In this document: positions 20,314 to 31,913 of the stretch, piece after piece | How the letters are laid out: every line of letters starts with the position of its first letter | Position numbering within the stretch: position 1 is the first letter of the stretch | Assembly (NCBI GenBank): GCA_047601445.1 | Contig: JASGJH010000001.1 | Coordinates: 5,344,001-5,408,000 of the forward strand | DNA from: Myxococcales bacterium | GTDB lineage: Bacteria; Myxococcota_A; Polyangia; Polyangiales; DASUME01 | Length of the DNA: 64,000 bases | Direction: 5' to 3' | The notes under the pieces: model-generated | Seen by the model: only the letters and a program-made list of their open reading frames with translations | What the model was told of the DNA's origin: nothing | Databases searched by the model: none | Position numbers and translations under genes: made by a program

Positions 20314-21741
20314 TCAGGGCGATGGCGCGATACGCAGCACGCCGCCGAAGATGCCCTGGTAAAGGACCCGGCCCGAACCGATGTTGCCCGCCATCTGCAG
20401 GGTGTCCACGCCGATCCCGAGCGCTTGACTCGCGAGTGTGCGGCCGCTGACCGCGTCGATCGCCTTGTACACGTAGCCATCGAGCGCGCTGGCCGAGCCG
20501 AACGAACTGGTGCGCTCGAACGTGTAGATGGTGCGGTCCGCGAGCGAGAGCTTCGGCACCGAGGCAGAGTGAACCGAGTTGGTCCAGACCACGCGGCATC
20601 CCTGACTCGAACTGTCGAGGTCCACGCGCGTGATGCCGCCGCCGATCGGGGCAGAGGCGGGCACGCTCTCCGACACGCCGGCGGGATAGGCCGGATACGG
20701 ATAGCCGTACGTGCTCGCCACGAACACACTATTGCCGCTGCCGATCGGGGAGTTCTCCGAGCCCTTGCCGGTAGGGGTGGGGAGCGTCAGGTTGCAGATG
20801 GGATCGCCGCTGCCACTCGTGGGGTACACCAGGAGGTGTTCGAACGGCTCGGCGTTGTCGACCAGGGCCACGTATTCGCTTCCGGTCCGCGGACCAAAGA
20901 AGGTGGGTGTCGAACCGCTGCCTTGACTCAACTTGCCAGGCTTGCGCGCATTGCCGCGGTCGTAGGGCGCGCGCAAGGCGATCTGCGGAGCCCCATTCTC
21001 GTCGACGTGGAACAGGTAGAGGGCATGGTCCGTCACCACGGCGGTTCGCGATGGCGAGGTCGCGATGCTGTTGAACACGCGCTCGCCCTCGGGGAGTGCC
21101 ACCGTGGCGATGCTGCCGGTGCTTCCTGATATCACACCCACCGTACCGTGGTCGGTGGCGAACCAGACGTTGCGCGCGTAGTCCGGCGCGACTCCCACCA
21201 CGGCATCGTCACCGACGGCGCCGTCCAATGCGATGTCCTGGACGACATCGAGGCTCCACAGGCCGAGCACGTTGCGTTTGTGCCGAATGCGAAGCAGATG
21301 CTGATCCCCGTCGACCACCACCACATTGCCCTGGTCGTCGAGATACGGATACACGCCGCCGAACAGGCCACTCTTGGTTAGAGCGTGATAGGCGAGCGGC
21401 AGCCCGCTGTTGGGGTCGAGCAGGTAGACGGCCGGTGCCTGATCGAGGATCTGCGTGCATACGGCGAGCGGAACGCCATCTGCGCCAATGAGCACCGAGG
21501 GGCACACCGCCAGCAGCGAGATGTTCGAGACCGAGACGCGGGCTCCGGGCCCCGGGCGTGGCGTCGTGTCCGATGCCGCGCTGTCGCCGTGCTGTGTCGC
21601 GGCGCCTGCGGGCGCGGTCCCAGGATTCTGCAGCGCGAGTGGCCCGAGCTGCGCGCTCGCGCTGCCGTGACCGAAAAGCAAAAGCGTTGAAACCAGAGAC
21701 AGGCCGACCACGCCGTGGCCGGAGAACCAGAACTCACCCAT
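20314..21741 (-). CDS. Secreted hypothetical protein (beta-propeller-like)
   Basis: Signal peptide ending SASA-Q; beta-rich with GGVYPYLD, GSGSTPT and SENS motifs. Confidence 0.7.
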   Translation of the reverse strand: MGEFWFSGHGVVGLSLVSTLLLFGHGSASAQLGPLALQNPGTAPAGAATQHGDSAASDTTPRPGPGARVSVSNISLLAVCPSVLIGADGVPLAVCTQILDQAPAVYLLDPNSGLPLAYHALTKSGLFGGVYPYLDDQGNVVVVDGDQHLLRIRHKRNVLGLWSLDVVQDIALDGAVGDDAVVGVAPDYARNVWFATDHGTVGVISGSTGSIATVALPEGERVFNSIATSPSRTAVVTDHALYLFHVDENGAPQIALRAPYDRGNARKPGKLSQGSGSTPTFFGPRTGSEYVALVDNAEPFEHLLVYPTSGSGDPICNLTLPTPTGKGSENSPIGSGNSVFVASTYGYPYPAYPAGVSESVPASAPIGGGITRVDLDSSSQGCRVVWTNSVHSASVPKLSLADRTIYTFERTSSFGSASALDGYVYKAIDAVSGRTLASQALGIGVDTLQMAGNIGSGRVLYQGIFGGVLRIAPSP

Positions 21742-21788
21742 TTCACACGTCCTTTTAGGCTGCCTGTCGCGGTGCAACGTCGCTCAGG

Positions 21789-22280
21789 TCACGCGACTTC
21801 GCGCAATTGACCAGTCTTCACGTCGTAGACGAAGCCGCGCACCGGCACGTCCTGACGAACCAGGGGGGACGCCCTGTAGGCCGTCAGATCGTCGCGCACT
21901 GAAGTGTCCAAGTCCTTGAAGGGCAAGAAGGCCACGGCATCGGCGTCGATCCGGCGCTCCTTGCGCAGCTGGGCACGGATGCTCTCATCGCTGAAGGTCA
22001 ACATGCCGCAATCGGTGTGATGAATGATCGCGACCTCTTCGGTACCCAGCAAGGTCTGGCTGATGGCCAGGCTGCGCAGGGCATCACTGATGCGGCCCCC
22101 CGCGTTGCGAATCACGTGCGCGTCGCCCTCCTGCAACCCCAGGGCCTCCGCGGGATCGATGCGCGCGTCCATGCACACGACCACGGCGATCTTGCGAGCG
22201 GGTGGAAGCGCCAAATGACCCTTCTGAAAGGTCTGCGCGTAGTGCAGATTCGCGTTCAGCAGCTCTTGGATGACCGGCAT
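21789..22280 (-). CDS. Beta-class carbonic anhydrase (Rv1284/COS-hydrolase-like clade)
   Basis: CMDAR...GDAHVIRNAGG...HHTDCG zinc ligands; GFVYDVKTG. Confidence 0.92.
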   Translation of the reverse strand: MPVIQELLNANLHYAQTFQKGHLALPPARKIAVVVCMDARIDPAEALGLQEGDAHVIRNAGGRISDALRSLAISQTLLGTEEVAIIHHTDCGMLTFSDESIRAQLRKERRIDADAVAFLPFKDLDTSVRDDLTAYRASPLVRQDVPVRGFVYDVKTGQLREVA

Positions 22281-22315
22281 GATATCTCCTGGCGACGAAG
22301 GCTCGCGCGAGGGAC

Positions 22316-22331
22316 TGCAACTTCCGAGCCG
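22316..22331 (-). promoter_or_regulatory. Putative sigma54 -24/-12 promoter
   Basis: Minus strand CGGCTCGGAAGTTGCA (GG-N10-GC) about 36 nt upstream of the carbonic anhydrase ATG. Confidence 0.35.
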
Positions 22332-22517
22332 GACGCAGCGGGGGACAGCACGCAGGCGCCTCCGCGCCGCAAAGCTTTGGTGTTCGGCACGATAGAGTGA
22401 CCGGCGGAGCGATTTGGCGGCATTGCGCGCCAGCGATCCGCATCAAACACCCATGACCGAGCACGGCCTCACTGTCGTGGCGATACGCTGAAGCCGTGGC
22501 CGAGGCGATGTACCTTG

Positions 22518-23337
22518 CTAGGCCGTCGAGGCCTCACGCGCGAAGCGCTCCAATCGCTGCTTCGTCGCATCATCGATCGGCACGAGCGTCTCGATGCGCA
22601 GATCATACAGCGTCAGATCCAGCGCGGTTCCAAATGACGACACGAGCGAGAACAGCGCCAAGCTCTCGCTTCCGCGGCGCAGAAGCAAGGGCACGACTGG
22701 AAATCCCGAGTCCACCTGCGGGGGCGCCTTGACCAGGTCGGCCACACCGGGAAGTGCAAGTAGCTGATCGAGAAGTCGGCGCAGCGGCGCACCGTCCCCC
22801 GCCTCGATGGCCTCGCGCTGCAGGCGCCTGATGAGATGACCCGCGATCTGTTCCCAGTTCGCAATCGAAGGACGCAGGCCGCGCGGGTCGAAGATGAGCC
22901 GCATCGCATTCGGTTCGGCTGGAGAGGGCCCCTCGGCGGCGAATGTCGCGAAGAGCGCGCGCGCGGAGCGGTTGCTGAGCTGAAGGTTCCAGCCGGAGTC
23001 GACGACCATCGCCGGATACGGTTCGTGGCGTGCGAGGATGAAGCGGAGGGCGTCACGTGCAGGTCCGAGGCTGTCGGAGCCAAGCGGGGTCTCCGTGAAC
23101 AGATTCTGCGAATCCCGCGGCACGAAGCAGAACATTGCGCTCGCGAGGAGGAACATCCAGGGACTGCGCGAGCGTGAGAACCATGTCGCGGCTTGGCTGG
23201 GCGCGCGCGACTTCGAGGAACGCGATGTGCTTCGCCGACACTCCCGCGATGTGGGACAGCGCGAGCTGGCTCTTGCCACGAACCATTCGCCAGTGCTTGA
23301 GGAGCGAACCGAAGTCCGCCAAGTCCGAGCCGACCAT
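22518..23337 (-). CDS. XRE-HTH/MmyB-family transcriptional regulator, split by a +1 frameshift at ~23104
   Basis: FGSLLKHWR..RGKSQLALS...VSAKHIAFLE..RAQPSRDMV...ERNVLLRAAGFA continues in another frame as LFTETPL...HEPYPAMVVD..WN...FGTALDLTL..LRIE. Confidence 0.85.
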
Positions 23338-23375
23338 GGGCTCGAGTGTAGGCGGCCCATCGGCTCGCAGCACTA

Positions 23376-23386
23376 ACCTGCGAGGT
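23376..23386. promoter_or_regulatory. Palindrome ACCT-N3-AGGT, candidate operator of the MmyB-like regulator
   Basis: ACCTGCGAGGT in the short divergent intergenic region. Confidence 0.35.
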
Positions 23387-23460
23387 ACTTGAGATACTCA
23401 GGGCCTCCGCCAAGGTGAATGAAGCGAGCTCCCCACGGCTCGCGAAGGTTGGAGCCCAAG

Positions 23461-23922
23461 ATGACTCGACTTCCATGGAAAACAGGACCCGCGGCGCCCG
23501 GAGCAAGCGTCTTTTTGAGTGCGACGCGCTTCAGCTATCGCTCATTTCTCAGCATGCCGGCGGTCCTCACGCACGGTCTTCGCTTGCGCTCCCAGTGGCC
23601 GACGCTCGAAGGCGCGGTGGGCATGTGGACGGCCGCTAGCCTGTACAAGCGGACCACCTACACGCTGACGGCCTGGAGCTCCGAGCAGGACCTCGCGCGC
23701 TGGATCATGTCTCCGTACCACACCAGGCTGATGCGCGATTTTCGCGGTCATCTGGAGAGCTCGTGTGTGGTCAGTTGGACGGCGCCCGCTGACACCGCGA
23801 GCTTCGAACCGCACGTGGCTTGGGCCGAAGGCATGCAGCGGCTGCGTGCGCGAGAGGGATTCGTCGCATCGCGTGGAGCGCACCTAGAGCACACCCGACC
23901 GGGTGCGCAGGGGAAACCGTGA
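23461..23922 (+). CDS. DUF3291/ABM-like dimeric alpha-beta barrel protein
   Basis: ATRF..R....P.VL..GLRL...W...EGAVG...YTLTAW.SE.DL..W....H..LM; divergent from the regulator. Confidence 0.6.
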   Translation: MTRLPWKTGPAAPGASVFLSATRFSYRSFLSMPAVLTHGLRLRSQWPTLEGAVGMWTAASLYKRTTYTLTAWSSEQDLARWIMSPYHTRLMRDFRGHLESSCVVSWTAPADTASFEPHVAWAEGMQRLRAREGFVASRGAHLEHTRPGAQGKP

Positions 23923-24686
23923 CGGCGAGCGACATGGGCAAGCTGGCTTGGGGGCGTCGCACTAACGGTGTGCTCTCTCAGCGCGAGGCCAAGCAATTAC
24001 TTCGAGGGGTGATCCGCGTTCAAGCGCGGGATCTCTTCGATCGCGTGCGCCGCAAGCTGGGTCTCCTGAGACCCGCCGACATCGAGCTCGCCGACCTGGA
24101 GCCACCCGACAGCAAACTGTCCGCCGACGCACGGACGCTCGCCGAGTCCAGCCAGCCGCGCGCGCTGCTCCTGCACTGCTGGCGAACTTACTACTTCGGC
24201 GTGCTGATCGCGAAATATGACAGAATGGACTTCGACCCCGAGCTCTTCTTCGCCGCGTCGATGCTCCACGACATCGGGATGACCGCCGCGACCAAGGCGC
24301 CGCGCACCGCGTGCTGCTTCGCGGTCTCGGGGGCCATCCATGCCTATGAGCAACTGACTGCACGTGGCCACGCCCCCCTGACGGCGACCCGAATCGGCGA
24401 CGCGATCTCGTTGCACATGAACCTCGACGTGGGCGTCGACTGCGGCGCAGAGGCTTTCATGCTGGCGCGTGGGGCTGTCTGCGATGTGTTTGGAGCCGGC
24501 TTGGCGCGGATTAGCACTCCCTCCGTGCAGGCCGTCATCGGACGCTGCCCGCGCGAGGACTTGCGCGGCGTGCTCTTCGTCACCGATCATCTCGCCGGAA
24601 CGCGCACCGCGCTGCTCAACAAGCTCGCAAGAGGCACGGTCCCGCCGCACCCCCTGGATGGCCCGCGACGCGCGCGTGGATACTGA
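23919..24686 (+). CDS. HD-domain protein (cyanamide hydratase-like)
   Basis: PPDS, LLLHCWRTYYFG, ELFFAASMLHDIG, CFAVSGA, DAISLHMN; GTGA overlap with upstream gene. Confidence 0.8.
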   Translation: MTASDMGKLAWGRRTNGVLSQREAKQLLRGVIRVQARDLFDRVRRKLGLLRPADIELADLEPPDSKLSADARTLAESSQPRALLLHCWRTYYFGVLIAKYDRMDFDPELFFAASMLHDIGMTAATKAPRTACCFAVSGAIHAYEQLTARGHAPLTATRIGDAISLHMNLDVGVDCGAEAFMLARGAVCDVFGAGLARISTPSVQAVIGRCPREDLRGVLFVTDHLAGTRTALLNKLARGTVPPHPLDGPRRARGY

Positions 24687-24984
24687 CTCTTGCATCAAGA
24701 ATGCGAACGATGGAGTCGCTTGGCCTGGTAGAGAAGTAAAAGCGTGTAGGTGGGATTGGGCCTTTGGGCGACCACGGTGGCCCACAAAGACCATCGCTAC
24801 CGAGGTCCGATCGCGTAGGTCTCGTCCGAGACGAAATCGTTGAAGCGGCAGGTCCTGAGTTGGCCATGAAACGCGCGGTGACATCGTAAGGTCCTGACTG
24901 TCTTGGCCGTGGAGACCGTGCTAGAGGCGGTAAGCCTCGCCGATGCGAGCGCACTGCCGTCTTCCCGAGCCGAAGAGACCTCTC

Positions 24985-26640
24985 ATGCAAACCTATGACT
25001 ACATCATCGTCGGTGCCGGCTCCGCTGGCTGCGTGCTTGCCAACCGCCTGAGCGCTCAGCCCGAGAACAAGGTGCTCTTGCTGGAAGCGGGTGGCTCCGA
25101 CAAGGACCTGCGCGTGAGTACACCGGGCCTCGTGGGCCTCCTGTGGCGCTCCAAGTTCGACTGGGCCTATTTCACCACGCCTCAGCCGGAGCTCGGGGGT
25201 CGCAAGATGCACTGGCCCCGCGGCAAGGCGCTCGGTGGCTCGAGCTCCATCAACTACATGATCTACATGCGCGGGCACCGCGACAACTACGATCACTGGG
25301 CAAGTCTGGGCAATTCTGGCTGGGGCTACGACGACGTTCTCCCTCTGTTCAAGCGCTCGGAGAACAACTTGCGCGGCGCCAACGAGTTTCACGGCGCAAG
25401 CGGCCCCCTTACCGTCAGCGATGTCGCGGGCAATCCCATGAGCGACCTCTTGGTCGAAGCCGCGAAGGAGACGCTCGGCGTATCGGGAACCTGGGACTTC
25501 AACGGTGCACAGCAAGAGGGCGCCGGTCGCTTTCAGGCCACGATTCGCGATGGCAAGCGCTGCAGCTCGGCCGTCGCGTTCCTGCGCCCCGCCGAAACTC
25601 GCAAGAACCTCAGCATCGAGACCGATTCGGAAGTCGCCGGACTCCTCTGCGAGGGCAAGCGGGTGGTGGGCGTACGTTGCCGCAAGGGCGGTAAAGTCAC
25701 CGAAATCCGTGCGGCCCGCGAAGTCATCCTGTGCGCGGGTGCGATCGGCTCACCACAGCTCCTGATGCTCTCCGGCATCGGACCGGCCGACGCGCTGCGC
25801 AAGCTCGGAATCCAGGTGGTGCACGATCTGCCCGGCGTCGGCCAGAATCTGCAGGATCACATCATGGTGCCCGTGCCGGTCGAAGACAAAGCCGGCATCA
25901 CGGGGAACATCCAGCCGCTCAACCTGCTGCGTTGGCTCGCCCAACACGGCCTGACCTCGTCCGGTCCCATGGCCTCCAATGCGGCCGAGTCCGGCGCCTT
26001 CGTACGTTCGAGTTCTTCCGTGGAGCGCCCGGATTTGCAGTTCCACTTCTTGCCGGTGGCGTCGGACCAGGTCTGCTACGACGAGCAGATCTTCATGCCG
26101 AAGGGCAATGCCTTCGTGATGATTCCCACCCTGCTCTATCCTCAGAGCCGCGGCGAAGTGCGCTTGGCGAGCGCCGACCCAAGCGAACGCCCGCTCGTCG
26201 ATCCCAAGTACTTCTCGGAAGACGCCGACCTGGGCGTGCTCACCGAGGGCGTCCGCATGGCCCAGCGCATGGCGCGCTCGAAGACCCTCGCGCAATGCCG
26301 CGGCAAGTCCCTGTCACCACTCGCCGACGCCGAGGACGACGCCACGCTGCGTGCAGAGATCAGGCGCCGTTGCAACACGCTGTTCCATCCGACCGGAACC
26401 TGCAAGATGGGCAAGGACTCCGAGGCGGTGGTGGACGCTTCGTTGCGAGTCCATGGAGTCGAGGGACTGCGTGTGGTCGATGCGTCGATCATGCCGAGCA
26501 TCGTGGGTGGCAACACCAATGCGCCGGTGATCATGATCGCGGAGAAGGCGGCTGAGATGATGCTTGGGGTGCGGCGATCGCAACACGCGGGCGCAGCGGA
26601 GCAAGCTTCGACGAAGCGCACGGAATTTCGCGCGAAGTAG
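24985..26640 (+). CDS. GMC oxidoreductase (choline/alcohol dehydrogenase-like)
   Basis: YDYIIVGAGSAGCVLANRLS, PRGKALGGSSSIN, GQNLQDH, HPTGTCKMG, GNTNAPVIMIAEKAA. Confidence 0.93.
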   Translation: MQTYDYIIVGAGSAGCVLANRLSAQPENKVLLLEAGGSDKDLRVSTPGLVGLLWRSKFDWAYFTTPQPELGGRKMHWPRGKALGGSSSINYMIYMRGHRDNYDHWASLGNSGWGYDDVLPLFKRSENNLRGANEFHGASGPLTVSDVAGNPMSDLLVEAAKETLGVSGTWDFNGAQQEGAGRFQATIRDGKRCSSAVAFLRPAETRKNLSIETDSEVAGLLCEGKRVVGVRCRKGGKVTEIRAAREVILCAGAIGSPQLLMLSGIGPADALRKLGIQVVHDLPGVGQNLQDHIMVPVPVEDKAGITGNIQPLNLLRWLAQHGLTSSGPMASNAAESGAFVRSSSSVERPDLQFHFLPVASDQVCYDEQIFMPKGNAFVMIPTLLYPQSRGEVRLASADPSERPLVDPKYFSEDADLGVLTEGVRMAQRMARSKTLAQCRGKSLSPLADAEDDATLRAEIRRRCNTLFHPTGTCKMGKDSEAVVDASLRVHGVEGLRVVDASIMPSIVGGNTNAPVIMIAEKAAEMMLGVRRSQHAGAAEQASTKRTEFRAK

Positions 26641-26734
26641 CGAAGCCGCGTTGCGCCCCACGACCGGTCGACGCAGGATCGGACAAGAACAAGAACAAAG
26701 GAAGGGAGAGGGCAACGGCCCTTGATCGTCGGCG

Positions 26735-27337
26735 ATGACGCGTAGCAACCTCGGGCAATTTCGCGGAGAAGCCATCTGGACCCTGGTTGCCGTTTTGTCG
26801 ATTGCCAGCACGCCTGTGTTGATGGACTCGGTGTGGATGGTCGCACTGCTTCCACCTGCGCTCGTTCTGCTTTACGGCGTCATCGCGGCGCTCTACTGCC
26901 TATTTCGGAGGCAGTACCGACGTGCAGCCATTCGAGTAGCACTGGTCGCCTGTCTCCTACTTCTGGCGTGGCCGCTTCAGATCGGCGTAGCACGCGCGCG
27001 CATCCATCTACTATTTGACCGTGACCGTGACGTGTTCGATGCGATCGTCGCGCAGGAGCTTGGGCGCACTCCACGTGACCAGGCGGGGCCACCTCGTTAC
27101 TATCACGTCGACGCCGGCCCCCCGGTTCGCATCGCATTTCCTTTGGAAGGAGGGATCGTGGACAACTGGTGTGGTGTTGTCTTCGATCCGTCAGGAGAAG
27201 TCTTGCGCCTCAACCAGGTCGATCTCGATTCCCTGAAGACATCGGAATCGTTGGCCCGGCTCAGAAAGCTCTTCGGCGGCGACATGGTGGGCTGCAAGCA
27301 CCTGGATGGGCCGTACTACCACTGCTGCTTCACGTGA
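26735..27337 (+). CDS. Hypothetical membrane protein
   Basis: Three N-terminal TM segments; C-terminal IAFP..GGIVDNW.GVVFDPSG...LFGGD...C.HL.G.YY.C.FT. Confidence 0.65.
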   Translation: MTRSNLGQFRGEAIWTLVAVLSIASTPVLMDSVWMVALLPPALVLLYGVIAALYCLFRRQYRRAAIRVALVACLLLLAWPLQIGVARARIHLLFDRDRDVFDAIVAQELGRTPRDQAGPPRYYHVDAGPPVRIAFPLEGGIVDNWCGVVFDPSGEVLRLNQVDLDSLKTSESLARLRKLFGGDMVGCKHLDGPYYHCCFT

Positions 27338-27555
27338 AGTTGCTGCTGCTGTCGCTTGGGTGGCCCCGGCGAGGACGCACGCGTAGGCATCAGCCGAGGT
27401 TCAGCATCACTCGACCACAGGGAGCCTCGACCAGTGGCTGCCACTCGGGCGTCCCCGGCAAATCGAGGTAAGAGGAGACTGTCCTAGAATCCGCAGGCGG
27501 CAACGCGATCGCGCGTGTCGGCATCGTGGGCAGCGAAATTCAGCCAGCGGTCCAA

Positions 27556-28386
27556 CTATCTCCGCATCATGTTCAGCGTCACCAGCAACGACGCCACCTT
27601 GAGTGCCACTCCGGGGGCAACTCCGAGGGTGGCCGCCACGACGGCTCGCTGCGGCGAGAATTGTGACCGACCGCGAGCGAACGCGAAGATTGCAAAGGCA
27701 GACGTGCCAATCGAAACCGCAAACCCAAGGCTCCAGCAAACCCAGGCCCACACGGCGGACGGAGCCAATACGGCCCACACATGGACGGCTTGAATGATCA
27801 GTTCGGGACCGGTCCAGGCTGCCGCATAGCCGACCACGCGGGCTGCCATCGACCATGATGTGGTGGCTCCGAGCATGCGCATGAGTCCCCAAAGGAACAG
27901 CGAGCCCGCGCTCCATAGCAACGTGTCCCGGAGCATTCCCGCGATGCCGGCCAGAAGCAGCATTCCCCAGCGACCCGCTCCCAGCGCTTCGGAGACCGCC
28001 ACCAGCAATAGCCCAGAAACGATCCCCCACGAAGCGGCGAAGCGCCATGCTGGCTCCGCGGACTCGTCCGCCAGCTTCGAGAACACTCGATAGGGTTCGC
28101 GCAAGATCAGCCAGCTCGTGTCCCCAAAGAACGCGAACCAGCGTCCATCGCGATCGAATGGCAGCTTCTCCACCTCCCCAGGCAGCCGATCGCGGCACGG
28201 CTCGCAGAGCAGCTGGTCCTCCCGTGCATGGCCGCATCGCACGCACACGAAGTCGCCACAGCGAGCGCAAGCGCCTTGGGCGGGTTGCCATGGGTGCTGG
28301 CGACAGTTGGTGAGCTGGGGGGATGGGTGCACGATGGCCGAACCTGGCCCAGACGGTACTTGATCGAATGGAGAAAAGACCGCCAA
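27556..28386 (-). CDS. B-box-like zinc finger + Yip1-like membrane domain protein
   Basis: CRQHP..PA...CARCGDFVCVRC......LCEPC followed by 4-5 TM helices; start uncertain. Confidence 0.65.
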   Translation of the reverse strand: MAVFSPFDQVPSGPGSAIVHPSPQLTNCRQHPWQPAQGACARCGDFVCVRCGHAREDQLLCEPCRDRLPGEVEKLPFDRDGRWFAFFGDTSWLILREPYRVFSKLADESAEPAWRFAASWGIVSGLLLVAVSEALGAGRWGMLLLAGIAGMLRDTLLWSAGSLFLWGLMRMLGATTSWSMAARVVGYAAAWTGPELIIQAVHVWAVLAPSAVWAWVCWSLGFAVSIGTSAFAIFAFARGRSQFSPQRAVVAATLGVAPGVALKVASLLVTLNMMRR

Positions 28387-28529
28387 AAGAAACGGTGCCA
28401 GCGCGCACTTGGCAGTTCTGGCCAGTCGCCCCTCACAGCTCGAGAAAGCGCACCTTCATGGCCCGGCTCGTCTAAGGGGTGATCCCAGGGCGGCGACCTC
28501 ATGCTCCCGGCAAGAGAGGATTGGCTTTG

Positions 28530-29159
28530 TTACGGGTCTCTAACGAAGTCCACCGTGCCTTGGCTATTCGCGGCGAGTGATCCGGAGACGACGGTCAACT
28601 CGAGCGGAGCACCATCGAGGGTGACGTTGAGCGTGACGTCTGCGTCGCGGCGGGATCCTGACTGATGAACGCTCGAACGCGTCTTGCCAACGCGATCGTT
28701 GATGCGATAGGTCGTCTTGTCCGTGCTGCCCACTCCTACCAGCAACGCTGTGCCACTCAAGGTACTGGTACCGGCTTCGACCGGAATCGAATAGCCCAAA
28801 TCCTCCTGGTACTCCGATACGTAGTTTTGGACCTCGAACGTGAAACTGAGCTCCGCTGATTTGAGGCTGATGCTCGACGTGAGGGGGAGATCGGCAGTGG
28901 CGTAGGAGACCGCACCGGTGCAGAAGTTGGCGTAGTAATAGACCAGCACCATGCTCGCGGTACTGGTCGGTCGACCATCGTCCTTGGTGACGTAGTCGGC
29001 GCCTTGGACCAACAAGTACGAGGCGCTGCACTCGTCATTGGACTGTGCACTGGTCGAGGCCAGGTTCCCTCGCAGTTGGTGGCGAACGGTCAGAGGTGCC
29101 GCGCGGGCGACCGAACAGAGAGCCAAGCTTAGGGCAAACGATGTAATGCCGAATTTCAT
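28530..29159 (-). CDS. Secreted hypothetical protein
   Basis: Signal peptide MKFGITSFALSLALCSVARA; beta-rich mature part with two Cys. Confidence 0.7.
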   Translation of the reverse strand: MKFGITSFALSLALCSVARAAPLTVRHQLRGNLASTSAQSNDECSASYLLVQGADYVTKDDGRPTSTASMVLVYYYANFCTGAVSYATADLPLTSSISLKSAELSFTFEVQNYVSEYQEDLGYSIPVEAGTSTLSGTALLVGVGSTDKTTYRINDRVGKTRSSVHQSGSRRDADVTLNVTLDGAPLELTVVSGSLAANSQGTVDFVRDP

Positions 29160-29321
29160 GGAGGGTTCCCTTCTCGCGAAGAAATGGGCCGCAAGGCTAG
29201 ATCGGCAAAGGTTCTATCCTGCGTGGGTGCGCTTGAATGTAGGTACTTCTTGGGACCTATCGGGCGAGGCTCTGCGCCGTCCGTTGATCGGCTCCGGCGT
29301 TCGTTCAGCGTTCGCAGTTCG

Positions 29322-29915
29322 TCATGCAAGGCGCACGATCAACACCCGCCGACTCCCCGCTCCAGTCTTGCGTAGCAAGCTCGCAACCTGATGCTCGATC
29401 GTACGCTCGCTCACGCCGCGTCGCTGGGCGATCGCGCGGTTCGAGTAGCCCTCCTTCAACAACTGCAACACCGCGGCTTCGCTGTGAGTCAACGAGGGCG
29501 GGGGCGGCAGGGAGTGGGGCGCGCGCAGAGCTCCGCCCACGCGCAGGAGATCCTGGCGGTTTCGAAAGCCCAGTTTGCGTACCGCACGCGTGAATGCCTC
29601 CGAAACACGTGAAGCTTGCACTCCCAGGGCGTAGGCGATGCTCTTGGCCGAGCGACCTTCGAGCATCTGGCTCACCACGGTGCTCTCGCGCAGCGTCAGC
29701 GCGCGAGCGGCTCGCGCGGGCGGGGGATTGACGAGCACGCGGTACCGCGCTGGTTCGGATGCGGGCCCCTGCTCGACCAAGCTCCAGTGGCCTTCCACGA
29801 GCCGTTGCCACGCGTCAGCGGTGGAAGTGGCCCCCATCGGGTGCGCTGGCGGGGCCTCGAACTGAAGCGAACCGTCGGGCCTGATGTGGTTGGTTTCCCA
29901 TTCGGTTGTTGCCAC
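29322..29915 (-). CDS. Tandem (double) LuxR-type HTH regulator
   Basis: LTLRESTVVSQMLEGRSAKSIAYALGV and LTHSEAAVLQLLKEGYSNRAIAQRRGVSERTIEHQV; start uncertain (29915 or 29837). Confidence 0.8.
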   Translation of the reverse strand: MATTEWETNHIRPDGSLQFEAPPAHPMGATSTADAWQRLVEGHWSLVEQGPASEPARYRVLVNPPPARAARALTLRESTVVSQMLEGRSAKSIAYALGVQASRVSEAFTRAVRKLGFRNRQDLLRVGGALRAPHSLPPPPSLTHSEAAVLQLLKEGYSNRAIAQRRGVSERTIEHQVASLLRKTGAGSRRVLIVRLA

Positions 29916-29927
29916 GCGGTGGCAATG

Positions 29928-29942
29928 GCAACTCGCGTGCCG
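29928..29942 (-). promoter_or_regulatory. Putative sigma54 -24/-12 promoter
   Basis: Minus strand CGGCACGCGAGTTGC, near-consensus YGGCACG-N4-TTGC, divergent from a sigma54 activator gene. Confidence 0.6.
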
Positions 29943-30113
29943 CTGCCGAAGGTTCGGAGAGAGCGGAAAAAGGGGGCGATTTGGGCGGGCGCGAGGGCCT
30001 GCCGTGGAACCTTGGCCGTGTGCGGCCGCTGCACTTGGCCAGGCGTGGCCAGCCTCGGCCGGCGCCGGCCAAAGACGACCTAGAAAAAGGCGGGCCGGCG
30101 CACTACAGATGGG

Positions 30114-31913
<1,800 letters not shown>

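Noticed and set aside
19101..20729. 542-aa version of the binding-protein ORF and similar long N-terminal extensions in the ORF track
   Set aside because: The extensions overlap neighbouring genes; downstream starts give proper signal peptides or domain starts
24690..24940. Short hairpins in the HD-GMC intergenic region
   Set aside because: Stems are short or imperfect, as expected by chance at this GC content; no riboswitch consensus recognised
25843..25849. Other CAGAATC/GATTCTG sites (25843, 2345, 21624)
   Set aside because: They are in frame within continuous ORFs (GQNLQDH, ITQNRFP, LQNPG), so they are not errors
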